DNA of 64,000 nt. Source: Chiloscyllium plagiosum. Its lineage: Eukaryota. The notes beneath the pieces were generated by a model. The model saw only the letters and a list, made by a program, of their open reading frames with translations, was not told where the DNA came from and searched no databases. Positions within the stretch are counted from its first letter, which is position 1; each line of letters opens with the position of its first letter. The stretch is taken from contig NC_057755.1 of the NCBI RefSeq assembly GCF_004010195.1, positions 4,401,285 to 4,465,284 on the forward strand, given 5' to 3'. Positions 26,560-40,753 of the stretch are shown one piece after another. Both the position numbers and the translations under genes were made by a program.

Positions 26560-27462
26560 CGGAGACATAGTCAGCACATTTGCAAAATTGGAGGTGTACT
26601 GGATGGCGAACAAGGTTTCCTCAGCGTACAATGGATCTTGATCAGATGGGCCAAGGGGCTGAGGAGTAGCATATGGAGTTTAATTCAGATAGTCGTGAGG
26701 TGTTCCATTTTTGTAAAGTAAATCAGGGTAGACCTCATGCATTTCATGGTAAGGTCCTGGGGAATGATGGCAAACAAAAAGATCATGGAGTGCAGATTCA
26801 TAGATCCCTGAAAAATGTATTCACAGGTAGATAAACAGGACAGTGAATAAGGCATTTGTCACATTTACCTTTATTGGTCATTGCGTTGAGTACAAGTGTT
26901 GGAAATTCATGTTGCGGCTGCACAGGACATTAGTTTGGTCACTTTTGGAATGCTACGTGAAATTCTGATCTCCCTTCTACAGGAAAGCTATATGATGAAA
27001 CTTGAAAGAGTTCAGAAAAGATTTACTGGTATGTTGCCAGGTCTGGAGGATTTGAGCTACAGGGAGAGGCTGAATCGGTTGGAGGCGATTTCCGTTGGAG
27101 TACTGGAGGCTGAGGAGGAGCCTGATAAAGATTTGTAGAAACATGAGGAGCATGGATAGTGTGAAGAGCCAAAGTAGGGGCGTCAAAAACGAGAGGCAAC
27201 AGCTTGAAGGCGAGAGGGGAAAGATTTAAAAGTGAACTGAGGGGCAACATTTTAACCCAGAGTGGTGTGTGTGTGGAACAAGGTATCAGAGGAAATGGGG
27301 AAGGCGGGTATATTACACCATAGAAAAGGCATCTGAATGGGCATCCGAATATGAAGGGTTTAGAGGCATATTGGCCAAATTCTGGTCAATGGAACTAGAT
27401 TAATTTAGAATATCCGGTCAGTGAGTTGGACCAAAGGGTCTGCTTCCGTGCTGCACACCTCT
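26560..27462 (+). mobile_element. CR1-clade LINE 3' fragment
   Basis: KFAKLEV-like start, KLERVQKRFTGMLPGLEDLSYRERLNRL, typical 3' tail. Confidence 0.88.
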
Positions 27463-28884
27463 ATCAGTCAGGGACTCCACACATCTCTGGAGCAGATGGG
27501 ACTGAACCTAGGCCTCCCAGCCCAGGGGGATGGACACGATCACTCGGCCATAATTCACTACTTTATACACCATAGGCTGTTTTAAATAGAATTCACACCA
27601 TATTAACAGCAAAGTAAATTATATGACGGGATGTAGCAATCTCTGTTACAGTTAGTACCTTCATGTTGCAATATCCAGTCAGAAAACTGCCCTCACACAG
27701 AGGAACAATGTCACTGGTCTGGAATTGCAGACTGCCCAGGGAACGTGAATGTTAATATGTGACTGAGCTAGTTTGGAAATCTCTGCAGCGAATAGAAATT
27801 CACACCTGCCTTGTTGTTCATTTTTCAATTCTATGTTGCAAGATTTTGCAACTTGTGAACATTTAACACGCCATAGCCCAGTCTTTCCATTTTCCCACTG
27901 AAAGGTCTCCTATTTCTCGACATTAAGTTGCATCTTCGCCAGGACAGGCCGGTGCTGTTTTCCAGGGATCTGTTAATCACTGAAGAATGATCTGAAATTA
28001 AGTCTCTCTTGGTATTGAATATTTCGGTCTCTGAAACGTCAGTGTACAATCCAATCAAAATATCGAAACAACAGAAGGTGTATACTACCAGTAATGATGT
28101 TGTTCACTCAAATGCCTTCAAACCAAGCTACAGATTTCATAGTGGTTCAGGGATGTCCTTTGCTCGACAATTATTCAACAGTGAACATTTATTGAACTTA
28201 TTCTAGAGTTCAGTGTGTTGTAGAATTCAGAAATTAAAGGATAACCAGTCCCTAGGCTGTGAATGGATTCCATTCTGGATTCTATTTCCAATTGGGATAC
28301 AATGTGAAGCTGCTGTTCGTAAGAACGGGTAATGTTCATATGGCGTGTCTATCAAATTATCCCCCTCTGTGGGTTCGCGTTTGTAAGATAGGCTTTCGTA
28401 AATCAGCGAGCCGCCAGAGAGTGTCTGACAGTAATGAAACTGACAACTTATTTCAATATCACGATCAAATTTAGCACCTCAAATTTAACAATCAAAAATA
28501 GAACTCGTTGGTGAGTGTCAACCGGTCTGGCAGCATTTGTGGAGAGAGTAGGCAGAGCTAACTGATGTTCCTGTGAAGTGACCATAAGAACATAAGCACT
28601 AGGAAAAAGAGAAGACTATTCAGACTATTTGGCCGTCCAGTATGAACCAATTTTTTTTCTGACCTGTATATTGAACTTCTGTCATGTTTTGGATTCCATC
28701 AGTTTTACCACTGTTGATGTCCAACCAACAGCTCAGTAGTTTGTTGGCTTCCCTTTTGCCCATTCATGTTATTGATTCATCTATGGGTTGTGGGCACCAC
28801 TGGCTGGGCCCAGCATTTAGTGCACACTCCTTGTTGTTATGAGAAGGTGGTGCTGGTGGTCTTCTCGAACTGCTGCAGTGGACC

Positions 28885-29240
28885 TCTCTCCCTTTCTCTG
28901 TCTTCCCCACCTCTCTCTCTGTCACCTCTCTCTCTCTCTCTGCCTGTCTGCTGCTGCCATCGATCTCTCACCCAAGTCTCTCCACCAATCTCTCTCACTG
29001 TCTCTCTCCAACATCTCTTTCTATCTTGCCCTATCTGTCGCTGATCTCCCTGATTCTGTCCGGCGCTATCTTTCTCTCCACCGCGCTCTCTCTCTCTCTC
29101 TTTCTATCCCTTCCCCTCTCCTCTCCCTCGCCAAACATCTCTCTCACCCTGCCTCTTTCTCTCCCATCCTGTCTGCCACCCTGTCTCCCCTCACTCTCTC
29201 CCCAGCTTTCTCTCTCCCCTCCGTCTCTCTCTTTTTTCCC
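28885..29240. repeat. CT-rich low-complexity tract
   Basis: Direct inspection. Confidence 0.9.
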
Positions 29241-29254
29241 CAAATGCAGCAATA

Positions 29255-32200
29255 GGTATTAAACATACAGGTTTTATAACTGCCTGTCGTTTTCCAATTA
29301 CTTGACATGTGTGGTATGTCAGGCAAATTCATCTGCATCCTTGTGCAGTCTGGGCAAGTCAAAATGGTTTTATATTTTAGCTTGTGTTTTCTTCACGCCT
29401 AGATGCCCCCTAGTGGTAGCTCATGCGCCACTTGCAGCATCTCCTTTCTATATCCTACTGGCAAGATGACTGAATGAACATTTGCCCATTTCTCCTCATT
29501 TTTAAGATAGTAATGTCCAGGGACACAGTTAGATTCTTTGTCTGTGAATGCCTTTTGATACAATTGCTTTAAATTTTCATCTTTTTGTTGTAAATCAGTT
29601 AATTTATCTGAGTTAAGATGTCGGTTATGTCATCTGTCTGGTTTGTCTCAGCCACCCGCTCTGCCAATTCCACTTCAATTCTATTATCGGTACCTTTTTG
29701 ATCTCCTGTTTCAACTGCTGACTTTGTGAGCTCGTTCCACACAGTCAGGAAAAATCCTGGGATATATTTCCTTCAATAGTTCAGTTGCCTGAGTTTCTCC
29801 TGGCTCTTCAACCACAGGAGGTAGAACTCCTACCTCTGAATAAGTTGTATCATTAACAAGGCCAAATTGTATTCCTGGAGCTGACAGTTTGTCCAGTATT
29901 CCTACCATGACTTTTCCACTCTTCACTGGACAGTCTAACCTCATTTTACATAATTGAGCGCTTCTTGTCTCATCGTGAATTTCTTTTACTAGCACCTATT
30001 CTGGTAAGAGTCTTCAGGAGGACGTATCTCCTCCTATTTCAACATAACAGGTCGAAAGGATCCTGTATCTCTTAATATTGTAACCTCTTTACCTGCTGCT
30101 CTTGGCCGAAACGAATAAACTTTAACTTTGCAGATATGTGGTTTCAGAACATCTGTCACTTCCTCCTTAACCAAGCTCTGACCAGCTTGTACATTCTGGC
30201 GCAGTTTTCCAGCCTCCACTGTGCTTTCCCGTTACCACTCCAATAAAATTCACTGGCTTATCCTGTTTTCCTACGTCTGGCTTCCCAGTGCTTTTCCTAA
30301 CCCATCAACACTGTGATTTCGTGTGGCCCACTTAATTGCAATGAAAACACCGGAGCTTTTAAACTTCTCTGTCCCCTTCAAGGGTTTCCTTTTACTCTGT
30401 GGTACGTAATCCCTATGATCTTCACCAAGATCTACCTTTCCTTTCCCCATCAGGATTTCTCTTTTCCTCAGATTCTATCGCTCATGGACTGAAACCGATA
30501 TTGAAAGCCAAACTTTGATTTCTGGACAAACTCACGTTCATCAGCAGCTAATCTTGCCATTTTCACTCTCTGCTCTTCCTCCTGGGTTCTCATTGTGTCA
30601 GGAAGAAAAAAATTGAACCACTCCAAAATAATTGTCTCTGTAAGAACACCGTCAGATTGCTCTATGTTTAATATCCTTTCCCAACTGCCAAATTTACTTT
30701 GTTTGATCCTTTCAGACTCGGTGTAGGTTTGACCAGGTTCCCCCCTTAGATTCCTGAAACGTTGCTTGTAGACTTCTGGCACAAGCTCATATGCACATAA
30801 GCTGGTTTTATTCAGCTCCTCATACATCCCAGATGCCTCCTCTGATAGCTCACTTGCTCTCCCTACCTGTTTTGTTTGGATCAACAAAATCCACATGGGT
30901 CACTGGTCACCACATTTGTTTCACCATCTTTTCAAATGAGATGAGAAATGCTTCCACATCCTTCTCATTGAATTTAGACAATGATTGAATATATTTAAAC
31001 AGTTTCTAACCCGGCCTTTGGCTACGAAGGGTTTGCTCATCCTCACAAAGTTTACCTTCAGCCTTCATCTGCATCCTTTTAAACTGACTTTCCTGTCTCG
31101 GTGCCACTTTCTGAAGTTTGACTTCCCTCTCTTGCTTCCTTTCCTTTCCTGTCTCTCCTTTTCTCTCTCTTCGCTTTCTCTTTCACTCTCTTCTCTCTCT
31201 TTATCTGTCTTGCCTCTTCCTTTCTCTGTCTTATCCTTATTGTTCTACGAAAGAGGCTCGTTCTTGTTCTCTTTCCTCTGCTTTCAATCATTATGCAAAC
31301 TGTTTCATTTCTGCTGCCTTTGCCTTGTCTCTTGCCTCGAACTCAAGTGGCTTTATTTTCAATTGAATATTAGCCATCTGTAAAGATTCTGATGGTATTT
31401 CCAGCAAATGTAAATGCTAAGCTACTGCTGCAATTATCTCTCCTTTCCTCATGGAAGGAGGCAGCTCCAACCCCAGCCTGTTGCTAATTCCAGCATCTTG
31501 GTCTTAATCACTTTTTGCAAAACCCCTAAGGTCAACTCTCCCACCTCCAGAGACCCTTTGGTGACTGAAAGTGCCGTTGTAATCCCAAGCACAGTTTAAA
31601 CCAACTGAGTTCAACACCCAGAACGAAACATGCTACCATTCGTTGCCTTTGAGACCAACAACCCTCATCCTAAATCAAAACTATAGAGGAAATCCCAGAT
31701 GACCCCCAATCTGTAATATACCAGGCCAGAGCCCTCCAAACATTTCACGAAGGTAGCCCAGGCCCTCACTTTGTTAGTTGTTTGTAGCAGGTGTAAAGCA
31801 GTATTTCCAGGTGTGCTGGCCTCGCCAGTTAGTTTGAAACAAAACAGAATTTACTTAAACGATTACCGAATGAAACACGCACAAAAGAGAACAGAATGCA
31901 GAATAACTTAATCTCTCTGAAAACGCAACAGATTATCTCAACTTAATGATAATGTTCCATGACTTGCAACAATCCACATGAACAACCCTTGATACAAAAG
32001 GGAAAATCAAACCCAGGGTCTTGCAGGAGAGAAGTCAGACAGAGAGGACCAGCCCGGACCTGCTTCTGTCGGTCCAGCAGCTTCAAAACACGAACCAAAC
32101 CAGAGAGAAGCTGAGCTGGGAGAACAGGCCACTCCCCTTTCATTAGACGTGGGTTTTACTTTCAAAAACTCGAAAGCCAGTTGTCTGAGGAAAATCCAAG

Positions 32201-32268
32201 TTAATGTTTCATCACCAGTGTTTTTCTCAGAACTGGATGAGAAAGAATAACTCTGATTTTTCATCACA
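29255..32268 (-). mobile_element. Truncated Gmr1-like Gypsy LTR retrotransposon with SCAN-domain gag
   Basis: LTR-like segment from 31712 (right edge approximate), tRNA-Pro-like PBS TGGGGGTCATCTGGGAT (31708-31692), AYELVPEVYKQRFRNL, decayed CCHC near 30310-30350, ILRDTGS protease, then integrase HHCC start AHELPLGGHLG near 29390-29440. Confidence 0.85.
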
Positions 32269-32302
32269 GATGGTGCCAGACCTGATGAGATTTTCCAGCA
32301 AT

Positions 32303-32970
32303 TTGATTTGATTTGATTTATTGTTGGCACATGTACCAAAGTGCAGTGAAACGTTTTGTTTTGTGTTCGGTACAAGCAGATATAACATACAAGGATGTAC
32401 AGATTACAGGGTGATGGAATAGAGGGAGGCAGACAAAGTTACGTTAACACAGCAGGGTACAAAAGTAAGATCAACATTAGCTTTAAAATTTGAGAGCTCC
32501 ATTCACATTCTAACAACAACGGAGAGGATGCTGGTCTTGAACTTGTCTGTACGTGTGATTAAGCTTTTTCATACTCTGTCTGGTGGAAGCGTTTGGATGT
32601 GATTATATCCAGGATGGGAACGATATTTGATGATATTGGCGGCCTTTCCAGGAACGAGAAATACAGATGTAGTCATTGGACAGGAGGTTGGTTTGTGTGA
32701 TGGTTTGGGTCTTGTTCACAACTTCGTTACGGTCCCGAGTGGAGAAGTTTCTGGATTATGCCGTGATGCTCCCAGATGGAATGTTTCCTTTGGTGAATTT
32801 AAAAAGGATGGCGAGGCTCCCTAAGGGCATGCCGAATGTCTCAAGCATCCTAAGGAATAAGGGGTATTATTGCGCTTCCTTGACCTCACATCTCCGCGGG
32901 TGGTGCAGGACAGATTGTTGGTTATCGTCACTCCAAGCAACTTGACGCTGTCGATCATAACCACCTCAGC
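32303..32970 (-). mobile_element. Rex1/Babar-like LINE 3' fragment
   Basis: Minus-strand EAQ*YPLFLRMLETFGM...SGSITA* resembles KAQQRLYFLR..FGM..SGCITAW; (atttg)n tail at 32301-32320. Confidence 0.6.
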
Positions 32971-33174
32971 TTATGTTTTGGTTTTTGATTTCAAGCTCCC
33001 ACAGTTCTTTTACTAAGCATTACTTTCCCAGTTTCACAGTGGAATCCTCAGATACCTGTTTTTATATAAAAAAGGAACAACTTGAGTGAAGTATTTTTCA
33101 TAGAATGGCATGCTCATGCATTAACAGGACAAGACAACATTTCATGAATATCCTTTCAGTTTGGGATTTTTCTG

Positions 33175-34345
33175 GTCATAAAGTCATAGACTAATATAAC
33201 ATGGAAACAGGCATATAGGCCCAATCTGCTCCATGCTGACCACGTGCTAGTTCCAATTGCCTGCATTTGGTCTATATCCTTCTAAATCCTTCCCATCCAT
33301 GTACCTTTTCAAATGAACTTTAATTGCTGCTATTTTCGCTCCGTCAACCAATTTCTCTGCCAACTCATTCCATTCACTCCCCACATGAAGACGTTGCTCC
33401 TCAGATCCTTCCTTTACCTCTCCCCTGTCCACTTCAACCTATGCCCTTTAGTTTTCAATTCACCAACTCTGGGAAAAACGCGATAAACTTTCATCCTATC
33501 ACTGCCGCTCACGATTTTAAACACATCATGCTCCTTCATTCCCAGGAATAAAGTGCAGTCCTCGGTAACCTCTCCATATAACTCAGCTCTATTAATCATG
33601 GTAACATCTTCGTAAATCTTCTTTACACTCCTTCTTTTATTAACTATGTCTCTCATATAACAGGGTAACCAAAACTGTACACAATATTCCAAGTGCGACC
33701 TCACAAATGACTTACACAGCTGTAAAATAATGTCCCAACTCCTATACTCGTTGCTTTGACCAATGTAGGCCAGCATGGTAAATGCCTTCTTCACCACCCT
33801 GTCTACTTGTGGCAGCACGTTCCAAGGACTATGTACTTGTCTTCCTGTGTCCCTCTATTCCACAACACTCCTCAGGACCGTACGTATTTATGGTATAAGT
33901 CCTACCTTGGTTTGACTTTCCAAAGTGCAACACCTCACATTTACCTGTGTTGAATTGTGTTTTCCAATCCTCAACCCACTTCCCTCTAATGCTTGACAAC
34001 ATTTGTTGGTGTCAATGATACCTCCAAATTTTGTATCCTCTGCAAACTTACTCATCCTGCCTTGTACATTCACTTCCAGATCATTTATAACAAATACCGA
34101 TGGTCCCAGCAACGACCCCTGTGGCTCACCACTAGCCACAGGATACCAGTCTGAGAAACGACCTTCAACAATTGCCCTCTGCTTGCTACCATTGAGTAAA
34201 TTTTGAATCTAGTTAGCTAGCTCTCTCTGTATGCCGTGTGACTAATATTCACGATTAACCTGCCATGCGGGACCTTGCCAAAGGCCTTAATATAGTCCAA
34301 ATAAACAACATCAATTGTCCTACCCTCATCTATCCTCTTGGTGGT
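33175..34345 (-). mobile_element. CR1-clade LINE 3' fragment
   Basis: GEPQGSLLGP, KFAEDTKFGG, VRSHLEYCVQFWLP. Confidence 0.88.
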
Positions 34346-36319
34346 AAACTTAAAATTGGAACATTGCAATGCCCAGAAATCAATAACACTAAACTAACCT
34401 TGTACATTTACTGACCTCTGAGTGTTCAACGATGAAACGGCTGAAGATGGTTAGACCTCGGATGTTTCCAGAAGAGTTCTTGCAGAGAGGTCCTGAAGGT
34501 GAAATTGCTGACATGAACAATAACAGCTGTCTTCCTTCTTGCTGGTTATTGCTGCCACCAGCAGAGAGTTTTCTCTGGATTCTTGTTGACTGTGGCTTTT
34601 CCTTGGCCTCCTACTGTCACACTTGGTCAAATGGTGCCTTGATGTTGATGGGAGCTCCTCTCCCTTCTCCTCTGGAGTTCAACTTCTCTGAACTAAGCCT
34701 GTAATCAATGTCTCTTGGAGCACCCAAACTGGCCATCAGTAAGCAGGTTGTTGCTGACCAGGTATTGCTTGTGAGACCTGTTAATGATACCTTTCTTCCC
34801 AATTCCATGTTAGAGAATTGATCAGATGAAATATGAATTGACAACATCAGATTTGCCCTCATCTTTCTGTGTAAAACATGCCTGGGTGATTTTTCACATT
34901 CTCGGTCCATGCCAGTGCTGTTGCTGCATGAGAACACTTTGGTTCGGCAGGTGACAACTTTCGATATTTAAGTTATCAGGACCCACGACATTTTCAGTAT
35001 CCTGTGCCTCCTGTCATTCTGTAATATTAGGGAGAATGAACAGAATTAGCTGGAAATTGGGATCTGTAGACATGGGGACCTCAGGTCGAGGCTGAAATGG
35101 ATCAACGTCTTGGTCGATTTGGTTGAAGGTTGTTGCAAATGCTTCAGCTTTATCTTTTGCACTGATGTCCTGGTCTGCCCCATAACTAAGGAATTAATTT
35201 GTAGAGAGCAGCCTTCTCACCCTGTGGTTTAATTGTCCATCATCTTTTATGACTAAATGTGCCAGAGTGCAGATCTGCTGAACTTAGATGTGATGCAAAA
35301 ACAGAAATTACTTGTGGAACACAGAAGGTCTGGCAGCATCAGTGGGGAGAAAGCAGAGTTTCATTGGTTGTGTGATCACTTAGCTCTGTCTGTAACTTGT
35401 TCCATACAAAAGTCGTTCTGTTTTGTACCTTCACCAGGTTGGAACCTTACATATTGATTTTCAGTGCTGCTGTTTGAATATGCTGTTGTACGCATCATTG
35501 AACCAGTCTGAAGACTTCCTATTCATATACTCAACCAGATGCCTTTTCAATGCTGTAATTGTGCCAGCTTCCACCATAGAACCATAGGGTCATAAAGCAT
35601 AGAGACAGACCCTTCGAAGCCTGCAGTCCAAGCTGATAATACTCCCAATTTAAACTGGTCCCACTCACCTGCTCCTGACTCATATCCCCCAATCCCTTTC
35701 TATTCACGTATCAATCCAAATGACTTTGTTTCACACATGCATCACCCTCTGCATGAAGGAATTGCCCATCAGGTCGTTTGACGTCTTTCCCCTCTCAGTG
35801 TAAACTCATGGCCTCTAGTTTTGGACTCTATTTTCCTGGGGGAGACCTTGGCAGTTCACCCTATCTATGCCCCTCATGATTTTATGAACCTCTATAAATT
35901 GTTCACTCAGCCTCTGACGCTCCAGTGTAAGAAAAACGACACTATCCAATCTCTCTCTGAAACTCAAACCCTCCAGTCAGTTATGTCGGGCAGATAGTCT
36001 ATTATTGTCTACGCAACGTATAATTCTGATGATGCAGATAGCCCACTGAACTTCGTGGACACCTCATCGTGAGTTGGTCGATCTGTTTGAAGCCGGCCCC
36101 ATTTCACACAGATACAGTGCCACACCACATAAAATGTGTGGCAGGCAGTTTGGGGACAATACCTTTTGTACTGTCCCTTCTCAGTCAGCAGGTGGTGCTG
36201 CTGAGCCTGTCTTGGTGATGGACACTGAAGCCTCCCACACAGAGTCCATTCTCTGTCCATTCCACATTCATGGGGACAGGCATCAATGATGAGCACTTCC
36301 TGGGTACCCCCACCCCTCT

Positions 36320-37005
36320 TGACTGTATCCTTTGTCAGCATTGGCCCATATCCCTCCAACCCTTCCAATTCATAAATCCATTCAGATGCCTTTTAAATGT
36401 TGCAATTGTATCAGTCTCCACGACTTACTCTGGCATACACGCTTCACCCTCTGTGTGAGAGCGTTGCCATTTAGGTCATTTTTATATCTTTCCACTCTCA
36501 CCCTAAACCTATGCCCTCTAGTTCGGTACTCCCCCCACCTCAGGGAATAGATATTGTCTATTAATCCTATCCATCCTATCGTGATTTTATAAACTTCCAA
36601 AAGTCACCCCTCAACCTCTGACGCTGTAGGGAAATCAGCCCCAACCTATTCAACATCTCCCTATATCTCAAATACTCCAAAACTGGTAACATTTTTGTAA
36701 ATCTTTTCTGAACCTTTTTATGTTTCGCAAGGAGACCACAATTGCATGCAAAATTCCAAAACTGGCCTAACCAATGTCCTGGACAGACGCAACATGACCT
36801 CCCAACTCCAATAATCAATACTCTGTCAAAAAAGGAAAGCATTCCAAATGCCTTCTTCACTATCCAATCTACTTGTAACTCTTCTTTCAAGGAGCTATGA
36901 ACCAGCACTCCAAGGTCTTTTTTTAACAGTAACATTCCCTACGATCGTACCATGAAGTGTCTTAGTCCTGCTAAGATATGCTTTCCCAAAATGCAGCACC
37001 TCATA
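36320..37005 (-). mobile_element. CR1-clade LINE 3' fragment
   Basis: KDLGVLVHSSLK...VKKAFGMLSF, VQKRFTKMLP, RTRGHRFRV. Confidence 0.85.
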
Positions 37006-37797
37006 TTTTGACCTTAAAAGCTTCCTGTGGGAGAGTGTTCTACAGGCTCACCACTCTCCGGATGAAGAAATTTCTCCTCATCTCAATCCTAAAAGCTTTA
37101 CACCTTCTCCTTAAAGATGACCCTTGGTTCTGGACTCCTCCACCATTAGGAACATCCATCCTTCATCAAGCCTGTCAATTACAGCAGTGAGTGTGGTCCC
37201 AGAAATAAGAGATGTGCACTGTCCAGTTAATCATGAACAGTCTACACACGTTACTGATCACAATTTACTGTCTGATCTCTGCACTTGACTTTTATTCAAA
37301 TATTTTTTCTTCACTTGTGGGAATTTCTCATCAGAGTCACAAACCTCACTAAGCAAGGGTCAAGATCAAGAGGGCAAAAAGTGGACATGAGCTAGCTTTG
37401 GCAAATAGTGTTGAGGAGAATCCAAAGGATTTTTATAAATGCATTAAGGACGAAAGGGTAACCAGGGAGAGAACAGAGTCCCTCAAATATCAGGAAGGTT
37501 GCCTTTGTGCGGAGCTGAAGGAGATGGGGAGATACTAAATTAATATTTTGCTTCAATGTTATTTCATTATGATGTACTGAGCAGCAGCACTCCTTCGAAT
37601 TTGGGATTAAACTTGTTATTGGAATTAGTTGTTCATTAATAGAAATTTGCAAAACAGCAACAAAGCTGAGCGATGCTGGCACCTCGATCTCCCCAAGGGG
37701 CTTCCACACAATATAAGGCAATGTCTCTGGGAATGCATCAGCTCAGACAAGAATCTTGTCAGCTGCTTGGAGGGAGAGATCACATTGCACAGACAAA

Positions 37798-37864
37798 ATG
37801 CATCAACCAATTCAACACGTGGAGAGAGTGTTCTACAGCATCCTTGTGTTTATTGGCGTCCCTG
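37798..37864 (+). CDS. Exon 1 of GPR139/GPR142-like GPCR (MHQPIQHVERVFYSILVFIGVP)
   Basis: ATG at 37798, TM1-like FYSILVFIGVP, phase-1 donor G|GTATGG; splices in frame to the acceptor at 39288 to give GVPVNLLSI. Confidence 0.8.
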
Positions 37865-39288
37865 GTATGGCATTATGAAAATTGAACTTGTTTTAATTGC
37901 TGCTGATCTGCTCTCTGGTTTTATCTTTTGAACAATAATGTCTCCAGTTCAGTGACTGGTCAGCCTTAGTCAGACACAAAACAGTGATAACAATTCACTG
38001 AGCATCATTCTCGGTGCAATTCTCGACTGAAAGTGACTCCCAACGTCACTGCTGCTGAACCATTCTCTGATCTCAGTGTTCGGTCATCTGTTCTGGTTTC
38101 ACACAGTTTTGATGGTATAAAGACGGATCACGCAAGTTAGTTCTGATGAAGGTCTCAAAACTTTATTTCTGCTTTCTCTTCCACAGATTCTACCAGACCG
38201 ACTCAGTTACTCCAATAATTTCTGTTTTTGTTACACTAACGAGGCCTGTTTTCTCTGGAACTGAGAAGGTTAAGTGGGAATCCCACAAGATATTACCAAA
38301 ACAGACTGGAAAACATAAACAATTCTCATTGGTTGGGGATTCTCAAGTGAGGAAGAATTGCGTGAGAATTCGGGTCAGACTGTTCCAGCTTGGGAAACAT
38401 TTTGACACACAAAGGGTGGTAATGTGTTGGAAATAATTTTCACAGATGGCAGTGGATGCTGGATCAGTTTTGAATTTTAAACGTGAGCTCGTATGTTTAT
38501 TTGTGAAGCAAAGGAACTGAGGGATATGTTCCCCGTTTTACTTTGTAAAGTTTCGTCTAACGAACATCGCTCCTGGAAATTCTCTCCTCCTGGCCGTCTC
38601 TGGTCAGTGGATACAAATCTTGCGAGATTGCGCTCTTGATCACTGCACTTCAAGATATTTGTCATGTCCAGATGTGCAGATTTACAGTGGAAATATCAGA
38701 ACAGTCCTAACATTCACACATTTTCACTAAGGGAACTGAACTTGTGTCATATACATGGAGTAGTGTTGTTCGAGACTTTGCATAGGTTCTGATGACCTGT
38801 TTCCTGGACCTGCTGTGGCCCTGACCAGGATTTGGACAATGCTTGGAACCGGATATGACCTGATTCAAGAAGAGTAGAGTTTAGTTTTGTGGACAGTCTA
38901 ATTGCCAGTCCTGTGACTGAGTTGAGGTGAGATTTCTAATTGGGTTCTGAACTCTCAGAGTTGGAGCTTAGAACTGTAAAAATCTATTGCATTCATGCAA
39001 ATAGTGACCTTGCAACCACACAAAATCACAGACTTCCTTCTGCTCTCCTAGGAGGGACTGTGAGATCAGTCTCTGTCCAAAATCCATAATCCTCGGAGTG
39101 ATTGGGCTGGAGGACAATCTGGGTTGGCCATGAAAGTCTTAAAATTCAAGCTTACTCAACCCTGGCCACTTTCACATACACAGTTTGTTATTTTTTGAAT
39201 TTAAAATCTTATTGTTGCTCTCTGAAACAGGTAGTGAGAATTTCTGATCAGTAATTCATCGCATCTTTTCCCTTTTTGTCTTCCGCAG

Positions 39289-40184
39289 TTAATTTGCTGT
39301 CGATTATTATCTTCTCCCGGGGAAAATGTGGTGTTTCCCCTTGCACTACTCGCTACCTGGTGGTTATGGCAGCTGCTGACATGATGGTCATTATCATTGG
39401 CATTATACTGAAAAGATTTCGTACTTATTATTACCCGGAGTGCTTCCTGGATATCACTCCTGTATGTAGTTTTACTGGGGCCCTGTATCGTACAACCAGG
39501 GACTGCTCTGTCTGGTTCACCATCAATTTCTCCTTTGACCGATTTGTTACCATTTGTTGTCCGAAGCTGAGAACAAAATATTGCACTGAGAAAACTGCGA
39601 CTGTGGTTCTAGCAACAACCTACACTCTGTTCTGTTTGAAAAACATCCCCTTCTATTTTCAATATGAGCCTCGGAGGATAATCAACAATGTGCCTTTCTA
39701 CTGTAGAACAAAGTCAAGCTACTTTACTGAGACTTGGTGGGTGGTATTGGATTGGCTTGATACGGTTTTGACCCCTTTACTCCCGTTCACTTTAATTCTG
39801 TTGCTCAATACTCTGACAGTCCGACACATTTTAGTGACCAGCCGAGTCCGGAAGAGGCTGAAGGGTGAGAGCAAAGGAGAGAATCACAGAGACCCAGAGA
39901 TGGAATGTAGAAGAAAGTCTGTGATTTTGCTGTTGACCATCTCTGGGAGCTTCATCCTCTTCTGGTTAATCAATGTTGTAAGTTTCTTATATTATGTCAT
40001 TCAAGGACTCAGTCCTGATGGTTACTCAGTTTTTCTGCATCACTTCCGAGTATTTGGTTTCATGCTGCAGAACTTAAGTTGTTGCACAAACACATTTATT
40101 TATGCAGCAACATTGTCCCGGTTCAGAGCGAAGATCAGTAATGCAGTAAAATACCTGGTTAAAGGAATTCATTGTATTGCATGA
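39289..40184 (+). CDS. Exon 2 of intact class A GPCR, GPR139/GPR142-like (spliced product 320 aa)
   Basis: Polypyrimidine tract plus CAG acceptor; uninterrupted ORF with MAAAD (TM2), FDRFV (TM3), PLLPF (TM5), RRKS before TM6, SCCTNTFIY (TM7). Confidence 0.92.
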
Positions 40185-40753
40185 AATAGAACTCCACAGT
40201 GAACTCCACAGGAGGGTCCTACTGTTTCCAGACCATGAAATGATGTTTTAAAAATATTCACTCTTGGGTTGTGGGCGTTGCTGACTGGGTCAGCATCTAT
40301 TACTCGTCCCTAGTTACCTCTTGAGAAGGTGGTGGTGAGATGCCTTCTTAATCCACTGCGGCCGACAATGCCCTGAGGGAGGGAATTGCAGGATGTTGAC
40401 CCAGACACAGTGAAGGAACAGCAATATATTTCCAACTCATCTTGACGAGCAGCTTGGTGGGGAGCTTGCAGGGAGTGGTATTTCCATGCACTTTCTGCCC
40501 AATTCTTCCAGATGGACGTTGTCAAGGTTTTGGAAGGTACTGTCTAAGGGCCTTTGGTGAATTTCTCAGTGAATCTTGTAGATGATACACACTTCTGCTA
40601 CTGAGCATGAGATGCAGTGGATGTTTATGGAGCGGGACCAATCAAGCGGTTGCATTCTCCTGGATGGTGTCGAGCTTCTTGAGTGATTGTTGGAGCTGCA
40701 CCCATCCAGGCAAGTGGGGAATATTCCATTACATTATTGACAGTGTCCTTGTC

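Noticed and set aside
27485..27552. tRNA-like sequence on the minus strand
   Set aside because: Too degenerate for a cloverleaf; more likely a SINE head remnant.
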